Source: Perkinsus olseni
Lineage: Eukaryota
Assembly (NCBI GenBank): GCA_013115125.1
Contig: JABANN010000010.1
Location: forward strand, 1 to 64,000
DNA: 64,000 nucleotides
Direction of reading: 5' to 3'
Made by a program: the position numbers and the translations under genes. This document shows, piece by piece, positions 22,637 through 35,797 of this stretch. The first letter of the stretch is position 1. The number at the start of each line of letters is the position of its first letter. A model generated the notes under the pieces. That model did no database searches and was not told the origin of the DNA. It saw nothing but the letters and a program-made list of their open reading frames with translations.

Positions 22637-23840
22637 ATGAGCGACTTAATTTCACCTAGTTTAAGAATGCTGCCGGATGCCGTGCAGCTGACAAACCGAA
22701 CGGCCATAGCTGTTCATCTGTGCATCCTGGAGAACGGGTACTGCCCCGAGGAGCCGCATGTCAGCCGAAAAGAGTCCGGCGAGATTCTTCTGTCGGTCGT
22801 ACCAGTAGATTGGCTGCAAGAAGGGGTCCAAGTCTTCACAAGTAGATATCGTCGTCGAGGGGGTATTGGCAGGGAAGTTGAAGTAAAAATGGTACCGACC
22901 GGTTCGGGTGGAGTGAGTGTGCATGCGTGCAAGATCGGGGTGGGTGATGAGAAGGAAATCGTCAGCGGGGTGGAGGTCGCTGCTGTGAGGATGGACAGTC
23001 TGGATTCGCTGCGAACGAAAGTTGATGAGATGCTGGCCAAATTTGATCCACCGGCGCCGGTATCAGTAGAAACCACGAGGGAGGGCGCAGACCAGGAGTA
23101 TCCAGATCGTCGCATGGACCAAGAAGACGAAAATGTAATACGGGAACAGAGCCGCCGATGCTAATAGTAATTCGGTATTCGGCTAGTAACGTGGGAGCGT
23201 CTGACGAGTAAATGCGCGCAGTCCGTGAGTTGAGGGCCGAACGCCGCCGTCTGGTAGCGTCGGAACCGCGAGGAAGGTCTCTGTTCAACTAGAATTTGTA
23301 CTCATATCTGGAGTCTCTTTCAGCCTCTTCTAATATCAACGAACCCGCCGAACACCATAAGAGATCCTACGACTGGAACGGGAGGGGTTGGGGGCCTCCT
23401 TGTTGGTCCAAGAGATCCACTGTTCAACCGTGGAGATCCGCAGAATGGCCCGGGCAGTCTCCAGCCGCACTGGGATCCTATGGGGCCTGCTGGATTCGAT
23501 GGTAGGCGCATGCAGGGTTGCATTATTCGCAGTAACGGGTATGTGAAAGCGCGCGTGAGATAGAGTGATTGAAGCGACTTGAGGATCGTCTAATGGATCG
23601 TGCCTTGCCCTCTTTGGAACGCGGTCAGTGATTCCAAAGGAGTTTACCTTTTCCACTATTTCAGCTCTGCCACCCAATAATTTTTAGTCGACCGTTGGTC
23701 AGCATCTGCTTTTGTCAGGAGAACCCGACTACGACCATGAAGTGCCTCCACGATTCAACAGACCGCCTCCACCGGGGAAGGGTTTCGGCGGTCATAGGGG
23801 CGGAGGTTTTGGTGGTTCTTTCGGCGGCGGATTTATGTGA
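22637..23840 (+). CDS. PSMF1: Proteasome inhibitor PI31-like protein, spliced
   Basis: N-terminal FP-domain-like AIAVHLCILENGY...VPVDW; Pro/Gly tail GGLLVGPRDPLF, WDPMGP, EPDYDHEVPP, ending GGGFM*. Confidence 0.8.
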
Positions 23841-23979
23841 TTTTGAAGTGCCGCCTGTCTCTCGCAAATATCACAGTTTTATGAAACATTCATCTTGTTT
23901 CGTCAATTGTGGGTCGATATCGATCCGAACGGATTCTCGCTTTTAATGGGATTCGCAGAGGCCTTTTGATGTCGGTTTA

Positions 23980-26119
23980 ATGACTATTTCACCACCAGTC
24001 ACACTACAGCAGCCACTGCAGCGGATGAGTTATGGGCAGCAACGTCTCCCCTTCACACCCCGTACGTACAGGATTATCAAGCGGGACTGCGAGGTGATAG
24101 GGGTTGGAGAATCATCGTTGTGATTGATCCAATGAGGAGACTCTCGATTTGGACTAGGCCACGACTTATCATCCTATTAATATCTTGCGGGGGGAGAGCT
24201 CACATAATCGACTAATGAGTGAAATGTTGGGAGCTTACCTGTCCGCTAACTGTTGGTGGTGCGACTGGTACAGCTAGCTCCGTATCCCATCGCTCAGTGT
24301 GAAAGCGCCGAGCAGAGGCTTTCACTTGACTAGTGGCTAGCGAGCTAGGTGAATCGCAGGTCATTAAACTCAGGTCGGTTTCGCGGAGGCAAGTCGTGAT
24401 ATAGATCGCATGAAGAAGGGTAAAGCTGCCGTGTCAGAAGGCGCTGATATCACCGCCGGAGCGTCGCAGGTCACGAGAAGTAGTGTTGGGGGCCGCTCGG
24501 CGGTCTAAATTCTTTGGTCGCGCCAGATAGAGATCGGCGGGGTGAAGCTGGATGAAGAGTCTTTCAGGTATGCCGAATTTGCACGCAACCAGCCGGTGTA
24601 CGACATCCGCATCCACTGCAGCGCCTCCGAAGCGTCGGCGGCCCAAACCGCTACGGCGCCGACAGAGTAGTAGCGATTTCGAGATGGATGTGGCCAGGAA
24701 GGTCACCGTCATGGGGAGAACGGTATGTCGGGGAGTATCGGGACCTGCTACCGTTCACCCATCCTCGGTCCTTGTGCGAGGTTCGCACTGCGAACGCGCT
24801 GTATCGTGACAGGATTGGTAGTGATGAAGCGCCTAGTCTGAACTTCAGACTCTAAAGTTCTCGCCCTCAGTCACATTCCTGATGACAAGCTGTTTAACAA
24901 TGTTCGCTGATGCATAGTGCTGCCTCCATCAGATATCTGAAACGGATATAAACCGCCTTGGGAATCCGAAGGTGCGCGTCCTCGCGAAGGTAAGCCTGAT
25001 CTGAGAGCGTCTGCGGTGTGGCGGAGGGGTCCATCTGACGGATCCCTCCGCCACACCGGCGGATTCCATGACGGATTCCGTCATGTCAGATTGAGCTCAG
25101 CCGCCGGTACAAAACGTTTGATAAGGCTACACTCATGAGCATACCGTCACAGAGTAGAGGTTTCGTGGACATCAAGACCCTCCAGCGAGAATGCGTATCC
25201 GCCCGTATGGCCGATGTGGATGAGAGTGCGTCGGTCGGTCAGGTGCGCCTGAATGCCAGCGGTTCATCATCGGCTGCAGAGGTCCTCGACGAGTGGAGCC
25301 ATAGACTTGCACGAGGAATGGGGCGAACTCCGATAAGGCGTCGGCTCGATGCTGCGGCTGCTCGGCTATCTGGCTCGCCTTCGACTCCTAGCAACCGACA
25401 CATCCGAATTCGAGAGTCGATCGCTCCATCTGGTACTGGTCTAAGAAAATCGGCGACTGAGGGGTCGCCCCTGTCAGGGGCAGTGGATTACATCGGCAAG
25501 AATCGAAGCGCGGTAGGGCAGGTGGCTCTTCCTGGCTTGTGAGGCTCGGGCGTGTCTCATCCGTACCTCCTTAGTTTGATCTTAGAGAAACCGGCACCTC
25601 ACAGGCATTGATGGCAATCGTCCTTAGCAGACCTCTTTCGTTATACCTCATCATGTGGTTTTTCAGGCTCAGCTGTTCGCATCATCACCTGAGCAAAAAA
25701 TCCGCCAAGTAAGGTGTACGATCCAGATTGCCCGAATGAGCAGCTCTGCGGTCTGCGCTGCCACGCTTCGGTATAGTGTCCCATCGCAGGTCCAGTGGAT
25801 GGGAGAAGAACGAGAGAAGCGGATGGAATCGGCCTTCTTGAGTCGCCACAAACCACTGGGGATTTTCGTGCCAGATAGTGATGCAGATAATGAATTGTAA
25901 TATTGGTTCGCCGAGCTGTTGTGCAACATTTCGCCTCATTGCGATGGGCACAGATGTATCGAGCAGCATTCTCACGAGCGGTATTTCAGGCTCGAACCTG
26001 CGGGTCGTCGCGGGATGGGACTACTGACTAGAAGTGCAACGGCAGACTCGAGATTGAGTGCTGCTGGCGGCAGCATTTTCAAGAGGGCAAAGTCACAGTC
26101 GAATGCCAGTAAGAAATAG
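23980..26119 (+). CDS. Hypothetical spliced, Ser/Arg-rich protein
   Basis: Series of GT-AG-bounded open exons (ORFs 24552-24809, 25135-25542, 25655-25900); no domain recognised. Confidence 0.45.
24990..25100 (+). other. Probable 111-nt intron almost entirely folded into hairpins
   Basis: GTAAG...CTCAG ends; 19-bp stem 25014-25058; palindrome CATGACGGA-T-TCCGTCATG 25067-25085; GATCTGA/TCAGATT pairing near the ends. Confidence 0.65.
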
Positions 26120-26165
26120 TGGAAGTAGAAACAAGTAGAAGTAGAATGCCAGTAGAAACAAATTC
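26101..26165. repeat. Low-complexity AGTAGAA-type repeat
   Basis: gaatgccagtaagaaatagtggaagtagaaacaagtagaagtagaatgccagtagaaac. Confidence 0.6.
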
Positions 26166-26899
26166 AGAGATAGAACTACTAGGCGTACTTTCCAAATATC
26201 GCTCGACTTTCAGTCAGTTGACTCGACTGAGAATCGCGTTCTTACGCAGGCAGACTGCGGCAGGCTTGGGTGTTTGTTCTCGTACAATTCCTTTTAATAA
26301 GAGACTCTTATGAGCGAAGCGAGAAGATTCTCCGGGCGCTTCATCCCTGTGATGGTCATTTACTATCATGTCCTACGAGAATCTCGTAACGAGAGACCCA
26401 TCCTAAGAAGGGGGCCCGTACGACGGAGCTGCCAAGCGACAAATCGTCTTCCATGATGACGGAAAGTCCTGGAATCAGTCCCTTGATTGTCGCCTACTCG
26501 TATCCTGGCATGTGTCCTCGAGCGGCCGCTCGTGGTAGCTTGCTAATGGTGCGGAATGTATGTGTAGCAGGGCATCACGTAGTGTGGCACAGCTTAGCGT
26601 GGGGTCCACGTACATTAAGCTCATCTTGGACGACCTCCACTTGACGCAAGTCTACTGGACGTTCCAACCATTGGAATTGCTATTACAAATGCTCCCCTGC
26701 CTTGTTATACCATTGAAACAACTCACGGATTCCCTGCTCCACAATATGCTGCCGGTCGGCATGATGCCGACGGCATCCCTAATGGCCTGACTGATATTGC
26801 ATCTGTGGCCGCGAATTCCTCGATTCCCGCCTAGGGAGCTGCACCCAGCGCAGTGCGCTGGTGGATCTCCCAGAGCTTGAGAAACCTGGCATCTTGTTT

Positions 26900-27810
26900 A
26901 CGGCCGAGTCGGTTGACCAGATTCGGTCCAGGTTCCTAGGCTCATGATAAGCCGCTTATCTCTCGAATTGCGGGTGACGTTCAGTCTGCTTTGAAAGAGT
27001 ATGGTGTTCGAGACGGACATCAGCTCTGCCTTCAGACATATCCCCATGCACGGAAAGGAGAACCGATACTGTGTCATGAAGGTTGAGGCACAGTGTTACC
27101 AGCATTTCGCTCTGCCATTCGGCGGTCGGTCGTCGCCCTTACTCTGGGACAGTTTGGCGGCTTTGCGGAGACGGCTAGTGTCCCTATATCAACCTCGCGG
27201 TGTAGACGACTCTGCCGATGGCCAACAAAGATTTCAATAGTCGGGATGAGTCGGTTTGTGCAAGCATTCCCTATCGATTTCGGACTTGGTCATGCTCTGT
27301 TCTGAGTACTGCCTGGAGCAGGCGTGTTAATGAAGAGTAAAGTACTTAGGACTACCGGAGGATTAGTCCACCATGCACATTGTTGTCTTACTGGGATATG
27401 TCAACGGCGCGTGCCCCTGCCGAGGGGGAGTGACGTCCTAAAATGCGTTCCACATGACTTTTCTGGGTCCGAGGCCCCGTCACCGAATCTGTCAAGGTTA
27501 TGGGCTTTCCGAATCGCAAACTGCAAATCGCAAGTCATCTACGGAGTTTCCGCAGCTTCCGGATTTCGAAACGATCGTAGCTTCTGCACTCTATTAGAGG
27601 AGTCCTGTACATCTTTTAGGTCAACTGGCTCCTCAGACAGACATGTCTGGCCGGCAACTGAAGTTGTGGCAAAAGCAGTGGCTCAAGGTCATCGCCGATC
27701 TCATCTCGTGAGAAAGATTGTGAACCTGGCCTTGTCAGTTCCTATCGGCGGCCTCTGCTTTGAAGATCCAGAGCTCCATTCTGTCGGGAAATATTCCGAC
27801 TGATGTTAGG
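26900..27810 (+). mobile_element. Decayed DIRS/Ngaro-like retrotransposon RT-RNase H remnant
   Basis: ETDISSAFRHIP...YQHFALPFGGRSSP (RT motifs), GVDD, VKYLG; RNase H-like VAKAVAQGHRRSHLVRKIV; multiple stops and frameshifts. Confidence 0.75.
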
Positions 27811-28039
27811 CTGTGGTGAGCCCTCCCCTCATCTCAGTCGGCTCGTTCTTGCCGCCTCACGAAGCCGTGTCACTGCAGGCGAGTCTTCGTCATCGGCATT
27901 TATGTCTTGCGGTTCAAATCGTCCACGAGGCGATTCAAGTTGTCGCGGAAACGGTGGTCACTAGCTGTCAATGCATAGTGAGTTCATTCTCTCTTCTCCA
28001 TTCCGATCCCTTGCTTTCTCGCCATCATTTTCACTCTCA

Positions 28040-31000
28040 GCGTGAGGTTCTTGAGACCGCTGTGGAGAATGCGGCGAAGAGTTAGTGCAGCACGGCTCCT
28101 TCGGAAGTTGCTCACGACGACTTCACAAGCAGGCCAATTGAGGTAAGGAAAATCATCATTCGTTATCATTGATTTTCCCTTATGCTTCCTCAGCCTGTCG
28201 GTGAAGCGGCTGCTATGGAACACGAGGAGGCTGCAACGACTCTGGAGGCAATTTCATGAAGACATGCAAGTGACGTTGCGGACTGAGTGGATACCGGCCT
28301 TCATCAAAGCGGAGCGTCAGTATCTTATGAAACTCTATCAGGACAATTCAGTAGGCATTTCGCGGGGAACATGGTTGCACTGGATGCTTGGGCGACCCTC
28401 AGCAAACAGAGATCGTGGTGAAGAAGCCATCGCAGGATTTGATTGAGGAGTGGCTAAATGCCTGGCAGAGGGCTAGTTTCGAAGGGAAAGGTCGCTCGAA
28501 AGGAAACAGGCGGAAAGGTTCCCTGCAAAATCGACGTGAGCTTCGTGTCATCTCGGCACTTGAAGGACTGTTGTCATCGGCTGCCTTTTCGTGCCGAATA
28601 CAACAACAGGGAGAGTCGGTCGTCTCTCAGAGGGTCGACGCGGCACCGTGAGAATCTCTGCGAACGCACGAAAGTCGGTGAAAGTCACTTTAAACCCGTC
28701 AGTCCCCGTTACTACTCATTCGCCTGCTCAAAGTGGAGCTAGGCGGATGTCCAGAGTTAATCAGGTGCGTAACCAACGGGTCGTGGGTTCGATTCCGGTT
28801 CAATCTTCAGGAGCCCTCTCGCGATCTTGCTGCACCACAGCAGCAGGGAGGGCGACGTGCCACCGCCTTCCGTGGTGGGCCAAGAGCGTCGGTTTTGACG
28901 AGGAGCGCCGGAGTCCGAAGAGGCAGTCTTTTGGGGTCCGAGGCCGAGGAGATGATGGCTAGCGTTAGTTTAGCGCAGCTCAGGGCCAGAGTCGACGCTG
29001 CCACTCTGCATCCAGTAGGCGGCATCGTATCTACTGCATTCTGGCTACTACGACGGGTGTTGCTGTCCCCTACAGGCACTACGCTTTGGCTTATTGTCGA
29101 TGGAGTACTGCCGTCGTATGCGGAATAAGGCTATACTTGCGAGGAAGCTGGTGACTTCTATGAACGAGGCTCTCAAGCGTCTCCGGGACTGGGTAGGTGG
29201 GATAGCTTTGGGAACTTAAAATAGTCGTCGAAACCCGCGATTGTCGTGCGAAGGAACGCTCGCTGGCACTGTCAGGTTCTGTTTTCCAGAATGTTCCATC
29301 TGGACGGCCAGTCTGCCTCTCTCCTGCTCGTGCCCAGTGTAAGCGCTTTACTCATCCGAGACCATGGCGGGATTCTCTTCACAGACCGACTTCAACAGCG
29401 GTATGCACGGCGATGGCAACAACACCCTCGTCTTCACGGCGAGTAGCATGATGGAGTTCGTCCGGGCAAGTCATGAGTGAGATCCTTGTCCGAGATTGTG
29501 GTGAACTCGATTCGAACTTGGCTGGTCTGATGGGATCAGGTTGTATGGCACGTCAGCTGTTGTCACGCGGAGACCGGAGTCAGTTTCCGAAGGCCGCCGG
29601 CGACCTGTCGTGACGCTGGATGTGCCGGTACTCGCATTGGGCACCAACCGCCTTCCGTCGTTTCGCCGAGTAGCACTGTGTAAAGCCAACTTTTAGGGAA
29701 GCGAGACCGTCAAAGAGGATGACCCGAGTTGCACAGGCAATAAGCATTCCAGGCGGGAAAGCATCGAGCAGCTTGAGGGGATCCTCTCGACTGGAGTAGT
29801 TACCAACTTGAAGGTCGGTGTGCCAGACTGTTGGACAGGGCGATAGTCGTCGCAGTAGTAGGCTGGATAGCGGACTTGAACCCGAGTCGGTTAGGTGGCT
29901 GATTCGATTGTTCCCTTATCGCGCAACCATTGTGATTCTTCAGGAATGCTTTGCCGTGGCTAAAGCTTATGAGGATGAGCTGTGGAGAGAGGCCTTAAAA
30001 CAAGAAGAGGTGGCAATGGGAGTTGCAAAAGCCATGCAGGCTTTCAGGCGCGACGAAGAATGAAGTTCACGTTGTCTGATCACACTGAGTTGTTCCCATG
30101 TTGCCATCAGTGATAGCGATGAAGTTTTCTGTTGAGTTAGTCTGGGCGATCTTAGAGGCCTACTTCGATACTATATCGATTGTGTTCTCCTATCTGCAGT
30201 ACCCTTCGTCATCATGCCAAACTCTGACCGCTAGGACGCTCTGCTGGCTGCAAGAGACGCGGCCTTTTAGTCGACCAGTCGGTTAATTCATGCCCGCAGA
30301 AGTTCTCGTTATGTCCGGGTTGTCACGGCGTGCATTTCACCGGTTGTATTCAAGTCCATTGCTCTGATGCGTAGTTCCCATTGGAGGACTATGTGCAGAG
30401 GACTCTGCAGCGTAAATGGCTATGTACTCGTGTTTAGTGGTTTCAGAATGGGCCTAGAGGTTCGAAGTTGGAGGATTTGCATTTCTGACTGTGATCGCTG
30501 GTGAACGGTTGTAGCTTAGTAATCTTAGGGGTGCGCTGAGCGAGCTCGTAGTAGCGCCGTATGCTGCTTCCACTCTGTGTAGTCTAATACGTGTAGTCAA
30601 CGTAATATGCAGGGTTGCGAGCAAATGGTAGGGGCTGATAGGACCTCCCAGGACCATGGGGGCTCGTACTCCCACCGGTATCGACTGAAATACGACAAGT
30701 TCACGCGAGAAAGGTACATGAGACTTGTGGAGGAGAAACGGCGGATTGCGAAAAAGTTAGCAAATCCAGCTCCGAGAGGAGAAGCAGCACGAAGCACTCG
30801 GCTTCGCTGCTCAGGATGGCAGATGAGAAGACCGATATGGCGGCGAGAGAACGAGGATTTGATCTGTACAGGCGAGGGCCTCTCAGGCGTTCAAGTCCAA
30901 GGCGGCGAAGGCCACAGGAGGGTGGGTGTATCGCCTTGGGTAAATCTCGATGCTGGCGCTCGTGACTTAGTGGATCATTGGGATTTCAGTTTCCAATTTG

Positions 31001-32563
31001 GAGAGGAGTGATTCTGCCCGGGGTGGAGGAATCTCTGCGGCCCCCGAGAAGAGGTCGGGTTGGGGAATGAGGACGGTGAATCTGAAAGCGGACGACGGAT
31101 CTGTGTGGGGCCTCCTTCCCTAGAAGCTCTTCGTAGGGCATGGCACGTTGTCAGCATCTCTTTGAGCCCTCCTACGGGCTTGTCGAATGGGGTGGCGGCG
31201 TACGACCTGTATGATGACGATGACTTCGAGGACACCTCGTCGTCTGAGGGGACCGCCAGGCACGTTCCGTCTAGTATTTCGCTGTTTCCTTCCCCGATCT
31301 TTCAGAGATCCCGAGGAAGGCCGCATCCTCGAGTTCATGGCAACGGCCTCGCCCGAAGAGCTTTCAGAGTTGCGACAGTCCCTGTCTGTTGACGATGGAG
31401 GTGTAGTTGCACCTTCGTTGTTACAGTGTGTGAACATCGTATCTCATTACTTCTCTGAGCCCTGATTTCATACCTATCGCGCTGGTCACCTCTTTCCATG
31501 CCCGAATATTGAACTCCTCGAACCGAACTGACCTCGAGCTGGGCTTCAGACTCATCGTGATGGTCTCTCGGAGGAGGTTATCCGCTCCGTATCAAGCTTG
31601 AATAATGACCAGAAAGCAATACTGATGGAGGTACTCTGGGCAGGATTCCCGATTCTCGGTTGTGTCTTGCGGGGTAGGTTTTGGATGGCGCTGAGGCTCC
31701 CGTAGTAGAACGTGAAGAGTCGGCCGCATCAGCCGAGTTCGAGGAGCCGGACGGTGAGTTCGATCGGCAGTTCATCCTAGGCTGTACTCCCGAGAGCGAT
31801 GTCCTCAGGAAAGCTCGATTTGGAGGAGAACGAGGGACGGGCTCGGAAGGTGGCGATGAAACAGGCGCCTAGTAGAACACTCCTGCGAGCCGTACAGCCG
31901 GAGCGGAGCGAAGATGTGAGATTGACTGGCTGAATATGAATACCGGCCGAGGTCAGGAAGTAGCGGCCCGCCACCAAGGCATCAGTCGGTGCTCGATGGG
32001 TGACGAGAATGACGCCATGCGAGAGTCGGTCGACGTACGAATGCACACTCTGAATGCAAGCTTGTCGCGGAAGACTTTTGAGGTGAGGGCTTTTAACAGC
32101 TGGACGAACGGCGTCGTTCCGGTTCTCGCGTCGAGCATTAACTGTTCTGACTTACTTTTATTTAGTTGCGATCACAGTACTGATCTTTCGGGTGGGAAGA
32201 CTTTCCGTGTCCTTTCAGGCGTTGAAGCCCTCGCGAGACGGAGAACCGCCTGCCGATTCGCCGAGTGCCAGGCCTGTATCCGCTCTGGAGGTATTGCCGC
32301 CGGTCGACACGACAGGGCGAAGGTGGATAACTTACTCGAACGCCCGATACGTCCCTGTCTGTGTTCAGGCGGCAAGATCAACGGCAGAGCTACTTGGTAC
32401 AGGGACTCGTCACTTCCCGGAGAAGCGTCAATACTACCGCGGAAAACATGGTGGGCGCTGTTGGCGACGGGATGCAGCAGCTGACATGAATTCAGGCGAT
32501 AACGATCCCGGTGTTGCCTCGAGGGAGAGTCCTAGAAGTTGTCATACATTCAACCTGGGGTGA
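28040..32563 (+). CDS. One or more hypothetical spliced coiled-coil proteins; structure unresolved
   Basis: Scattered GT-AG-bounded exons (RRLQRLWRQF; ECFAVAKAYEDELWREALKQEE; YDKFTRERYMRLVEEKRR). Confidence 0.3.
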
Positions 32564-33975
32564 CCCGAATCTCGTTGGTGAGTAGTAAGGGTTCGGATTC
32601 TCAATCCGGGCGTATGCGAAGATGAGCATAACGATTGTCGTCACATTTGCGTCCTCATCAGTGCTGTGCCTCAATGTACAGTTGAATAAGGTCCGTAAAG
32701 CGTGGAACCTGGGTCACCACATTTTCTACTCTTACAGAAGGCAGTCTGGAAAGGGGTTTTCGGGCCGGCTCGGAAACTAAGGAAAATCGGTTTCCGTGGG
32801 TGATGTCTTATTGTTCCACGCGGTATGGGTAAATTTCTGCGGAGCTCGCGGGACTGCATAGGTCCAACCACGACCCCTAAGCGTGTTTAGAGATCGTCAG
32901 CAGGTCATGTCAGGTCTGAATGGTATTGAACTGTTTGATGATTCTGGAGGTAGGCTGAGCTTTACGAGAGGCTCGGTGGCATCGACTCTGACGGCTGTGG
33001 AAGTCCTACCGAAGGAGGAGGTTCTACTGGGTTTGGGGGAAATGTGCTGTCGTGTCAACTCGAAGTGGACAACGACAGTGCAACCACGAACATGCTACTG
33101 TGGTCTCTCCTGGCTACTGATTCGCGGACAGTCGCTGAAGTTTTTCTCGTCTGTCGGCGGTAGAAGGGAACTCGGAGGTTCGACCTCCCCTCGCGGACTG
33201 GGCGCACCAGTTTGAGTACAAGGCGCTGGGTTCCCTCGCGATGCCCGGTGCCGATTCATGAGAGGAGACTGTAGGTCTGTCTCAGAAACCTAGCGGAGCG
33301 ATGCTTATGAACCTGGTCCGAGAGCCCTACCTCACCCAAGACGACATGCATACCTGGCTGGCGCTTTTCGATCCTGATGGAAATCAGCGAATCATCCTCG
33401 ACCTCGGACCGAAGCCGGTAGTTCGGTCGCCTCAATTCGTGCATTCTGAGGTTCGGTAGGTTTGCCTGGCGATGGTGCGGGTTTGGAATTACAATAAGTC
33501 GAGGCTGTACTCGGCTAGAGGTGTCAGAAACATTACATTGCTGCTTGACCGGGTGGAAAGCTAGCGATTTTTGGCTCGTGACTTTCGATATCGACAGCTT
33601 GTCGACGACAGGTACCGATATTCACTGGGGAAATTAGGCAAGGGCCAGGGGAACTGAGGCAACCAAGGGAGTGTTGCGAGCATGTACGATATACTGCAGC
33701 AGATCGGTGTTATTCGCCTTGATGCAGATACTCTTCACGGACGATTTAAGTGTCCTTGCTAGGGTGGAAGAGGCGGATTGGCTGGCTGACTCGTTCGAGA
33801 ATGAAGGGGAATCGTGACGCCGTGAGGGTATTGGCGATTTTGCACCATCTATGTTGCAGAGGCTATGCAAATTTTCCATGCACATTGCCATGTTTCCTTA
33901 TTGCTCTAAAGGCTGAGCCGTAACAGTGAACTTGGCTGTCTTGCGTTTAGTCGTGGTCATTCCGAGTTCAGTCCT

Positions 33976-35632
33976 ATGCCATGCATCGCAGCGTTTTTGA
34001 AGTCAGGAATGACCCTGGACAAATCTCGACTATGCTCGCCATTGAAGCCAGCAGACGAGTCGACGATAGATTTGTATAAGATATGGCCGACGCCACAGAC
34101 TACTTTCGGATGCGGAGGTCTGTGCGTCTGTGGCCCCAAGCCATGGACGCCCGTGTTCACCAGCTTGCCCATCGTTCTGGGGTCGGTCAATGCTGGTGGA
34201 TGAGGATGATCCATGCGGTCATTTGTGATCGCCTCAGGTTTGTCCTGTATGTTGCACTCCCCGCGATGGACATGTGGCGAGCGATGTCGCCGTGGCTTCC
34301 GGTGGTGACGGTTGTTCTCTTTGCGATGACGATGAGCAGTCTTTTGCTCGCCGCATACACAGATCCGGGAATTATGCCCAGGTGACGGTCGTAATCTAGG
34401 CTCTAGTCCCCGAGGCAGCGAGGATTTCGGAAATTCGCGAAATCTTCGGTTTGTGTTCTCCGTGGAGACATATAAGGCGTTGCTGGTTACGAGTGCCTAG
34501 TTATCCTCAGGCGCGCTTTGCTCGACGCGATGTATCGGGCCGGCTCCTCTGCAGCGCTGCCCGACGGAGATATCGATCCGGAGCAAGCTCACAGCAGAGG
34601 GACCTTTCGATACTGTGGTGAGAAATGGGAAGTGGCGGAGTCGTTTCTCCTGGACGTCATTGCTCGCTTCGTCGACATACTTGGAAGGCGATTTCCCGTG
34701 AAGGCTTTCCGCACAATTGCTCGGACGCTTCCTCTCCTACCAAACCTATCTACGATTCCTGCGAACTGAGCGATGGCCTGGCATACATAGTGTTCGTCTC
34801 AGCTTCCCAGGGTACACCAGTCGACGACCGCGCAGTGCTTGTTCAGGCACATGCCAGATGTACCGTGATGTGACCACCACGTCTCACTGCAGAGTATGTG
34901 ACAACTGTGTGCTCGGCTTCGACCATCACTGTGTATTCCTCAATAACTGCATCGGTAAGGACCGCTCTCTGTCGAATGATCGAGCTATCAAGGGTGCGTC
35001 TTGTGCAGGCGGTCGGAACTATCCCTTTTTCATGGTGTTCGTCGCATCGGTAACTGCATTTGCTGCAGTGGTGATGGTACAATTCATTCTCTGGACGAGC
35101 ATCATTGATGAAGGCAGCAGCCTACAGATAGGGATCGAGATCAAGCCTAACCCAGTAACTCCTCGGTCTCACATCTTGACGCCGTTCGTTGTGACTCTTC
35201 GTTTTGTTTTCCCGGCACGCGCTTAGTGGCTTTTCTGAAGCCTTCACAGTTTGGTTCATCCCGCCTGTTCGTGGCGACGTGTTTGCAAATATGACTTAGT
35301 TGCGATGCTCAGGCGCTCGCCATTCTCGCCCGAGTGTTGGCCTTGCTATGCTTGATATGCCTGATAACCCTAGCTCTCTTTCTTGGGTAAGGAATAAGAG
35401 GGACTTCCTACCGGAGGCTAGTGTGGGGCTGCTCATTTGGTTAACGGTGTTCTCTCTCAGATTTCACTTGTGTCTGCTGGTGACGGGTAAGACGACGAAA
35501 CAAGTTCTGCGGCCGAACAAGCGGTTCTCATCCCGGTCGAGTCGGTGCTGTTCAACCTTGTTCACTCGTCAGCCGGCCCTCTTCGATCCACGCCTGAGGG
35601 TATCGAGAGAAGCCACTACGCAAGTTGTCTGA
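33976..35632 (+). CDS. DHHC palmitoyl acyltransferase (Erf2/ZDHHC9-like), spliced
   Basis: [51 protein letters not shown], transmembrane segments. Confidence 0.95.
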
Positions 35633-35797
35633 ACTCACCCCCTGTGCGCTGGTGAACACCTTTTTTGCTAAGTCGCTTCTTGCTATCTGAATTCGTTTCA
35701 ACGGGTGGTGGGACAGAACAAGTCCGTTCCGCGTTGCGTACGCATACATAATTCCGAAACCTGTCTTATCTCATCCGTACCAGTTTGGCTGCCTCTC

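Noticed and set aside
28760-28805. tRNA-like GTGGGTTCGATTCC motif
   Set aside because: T stem does not pair, and there is no acceptor or anticodon stem
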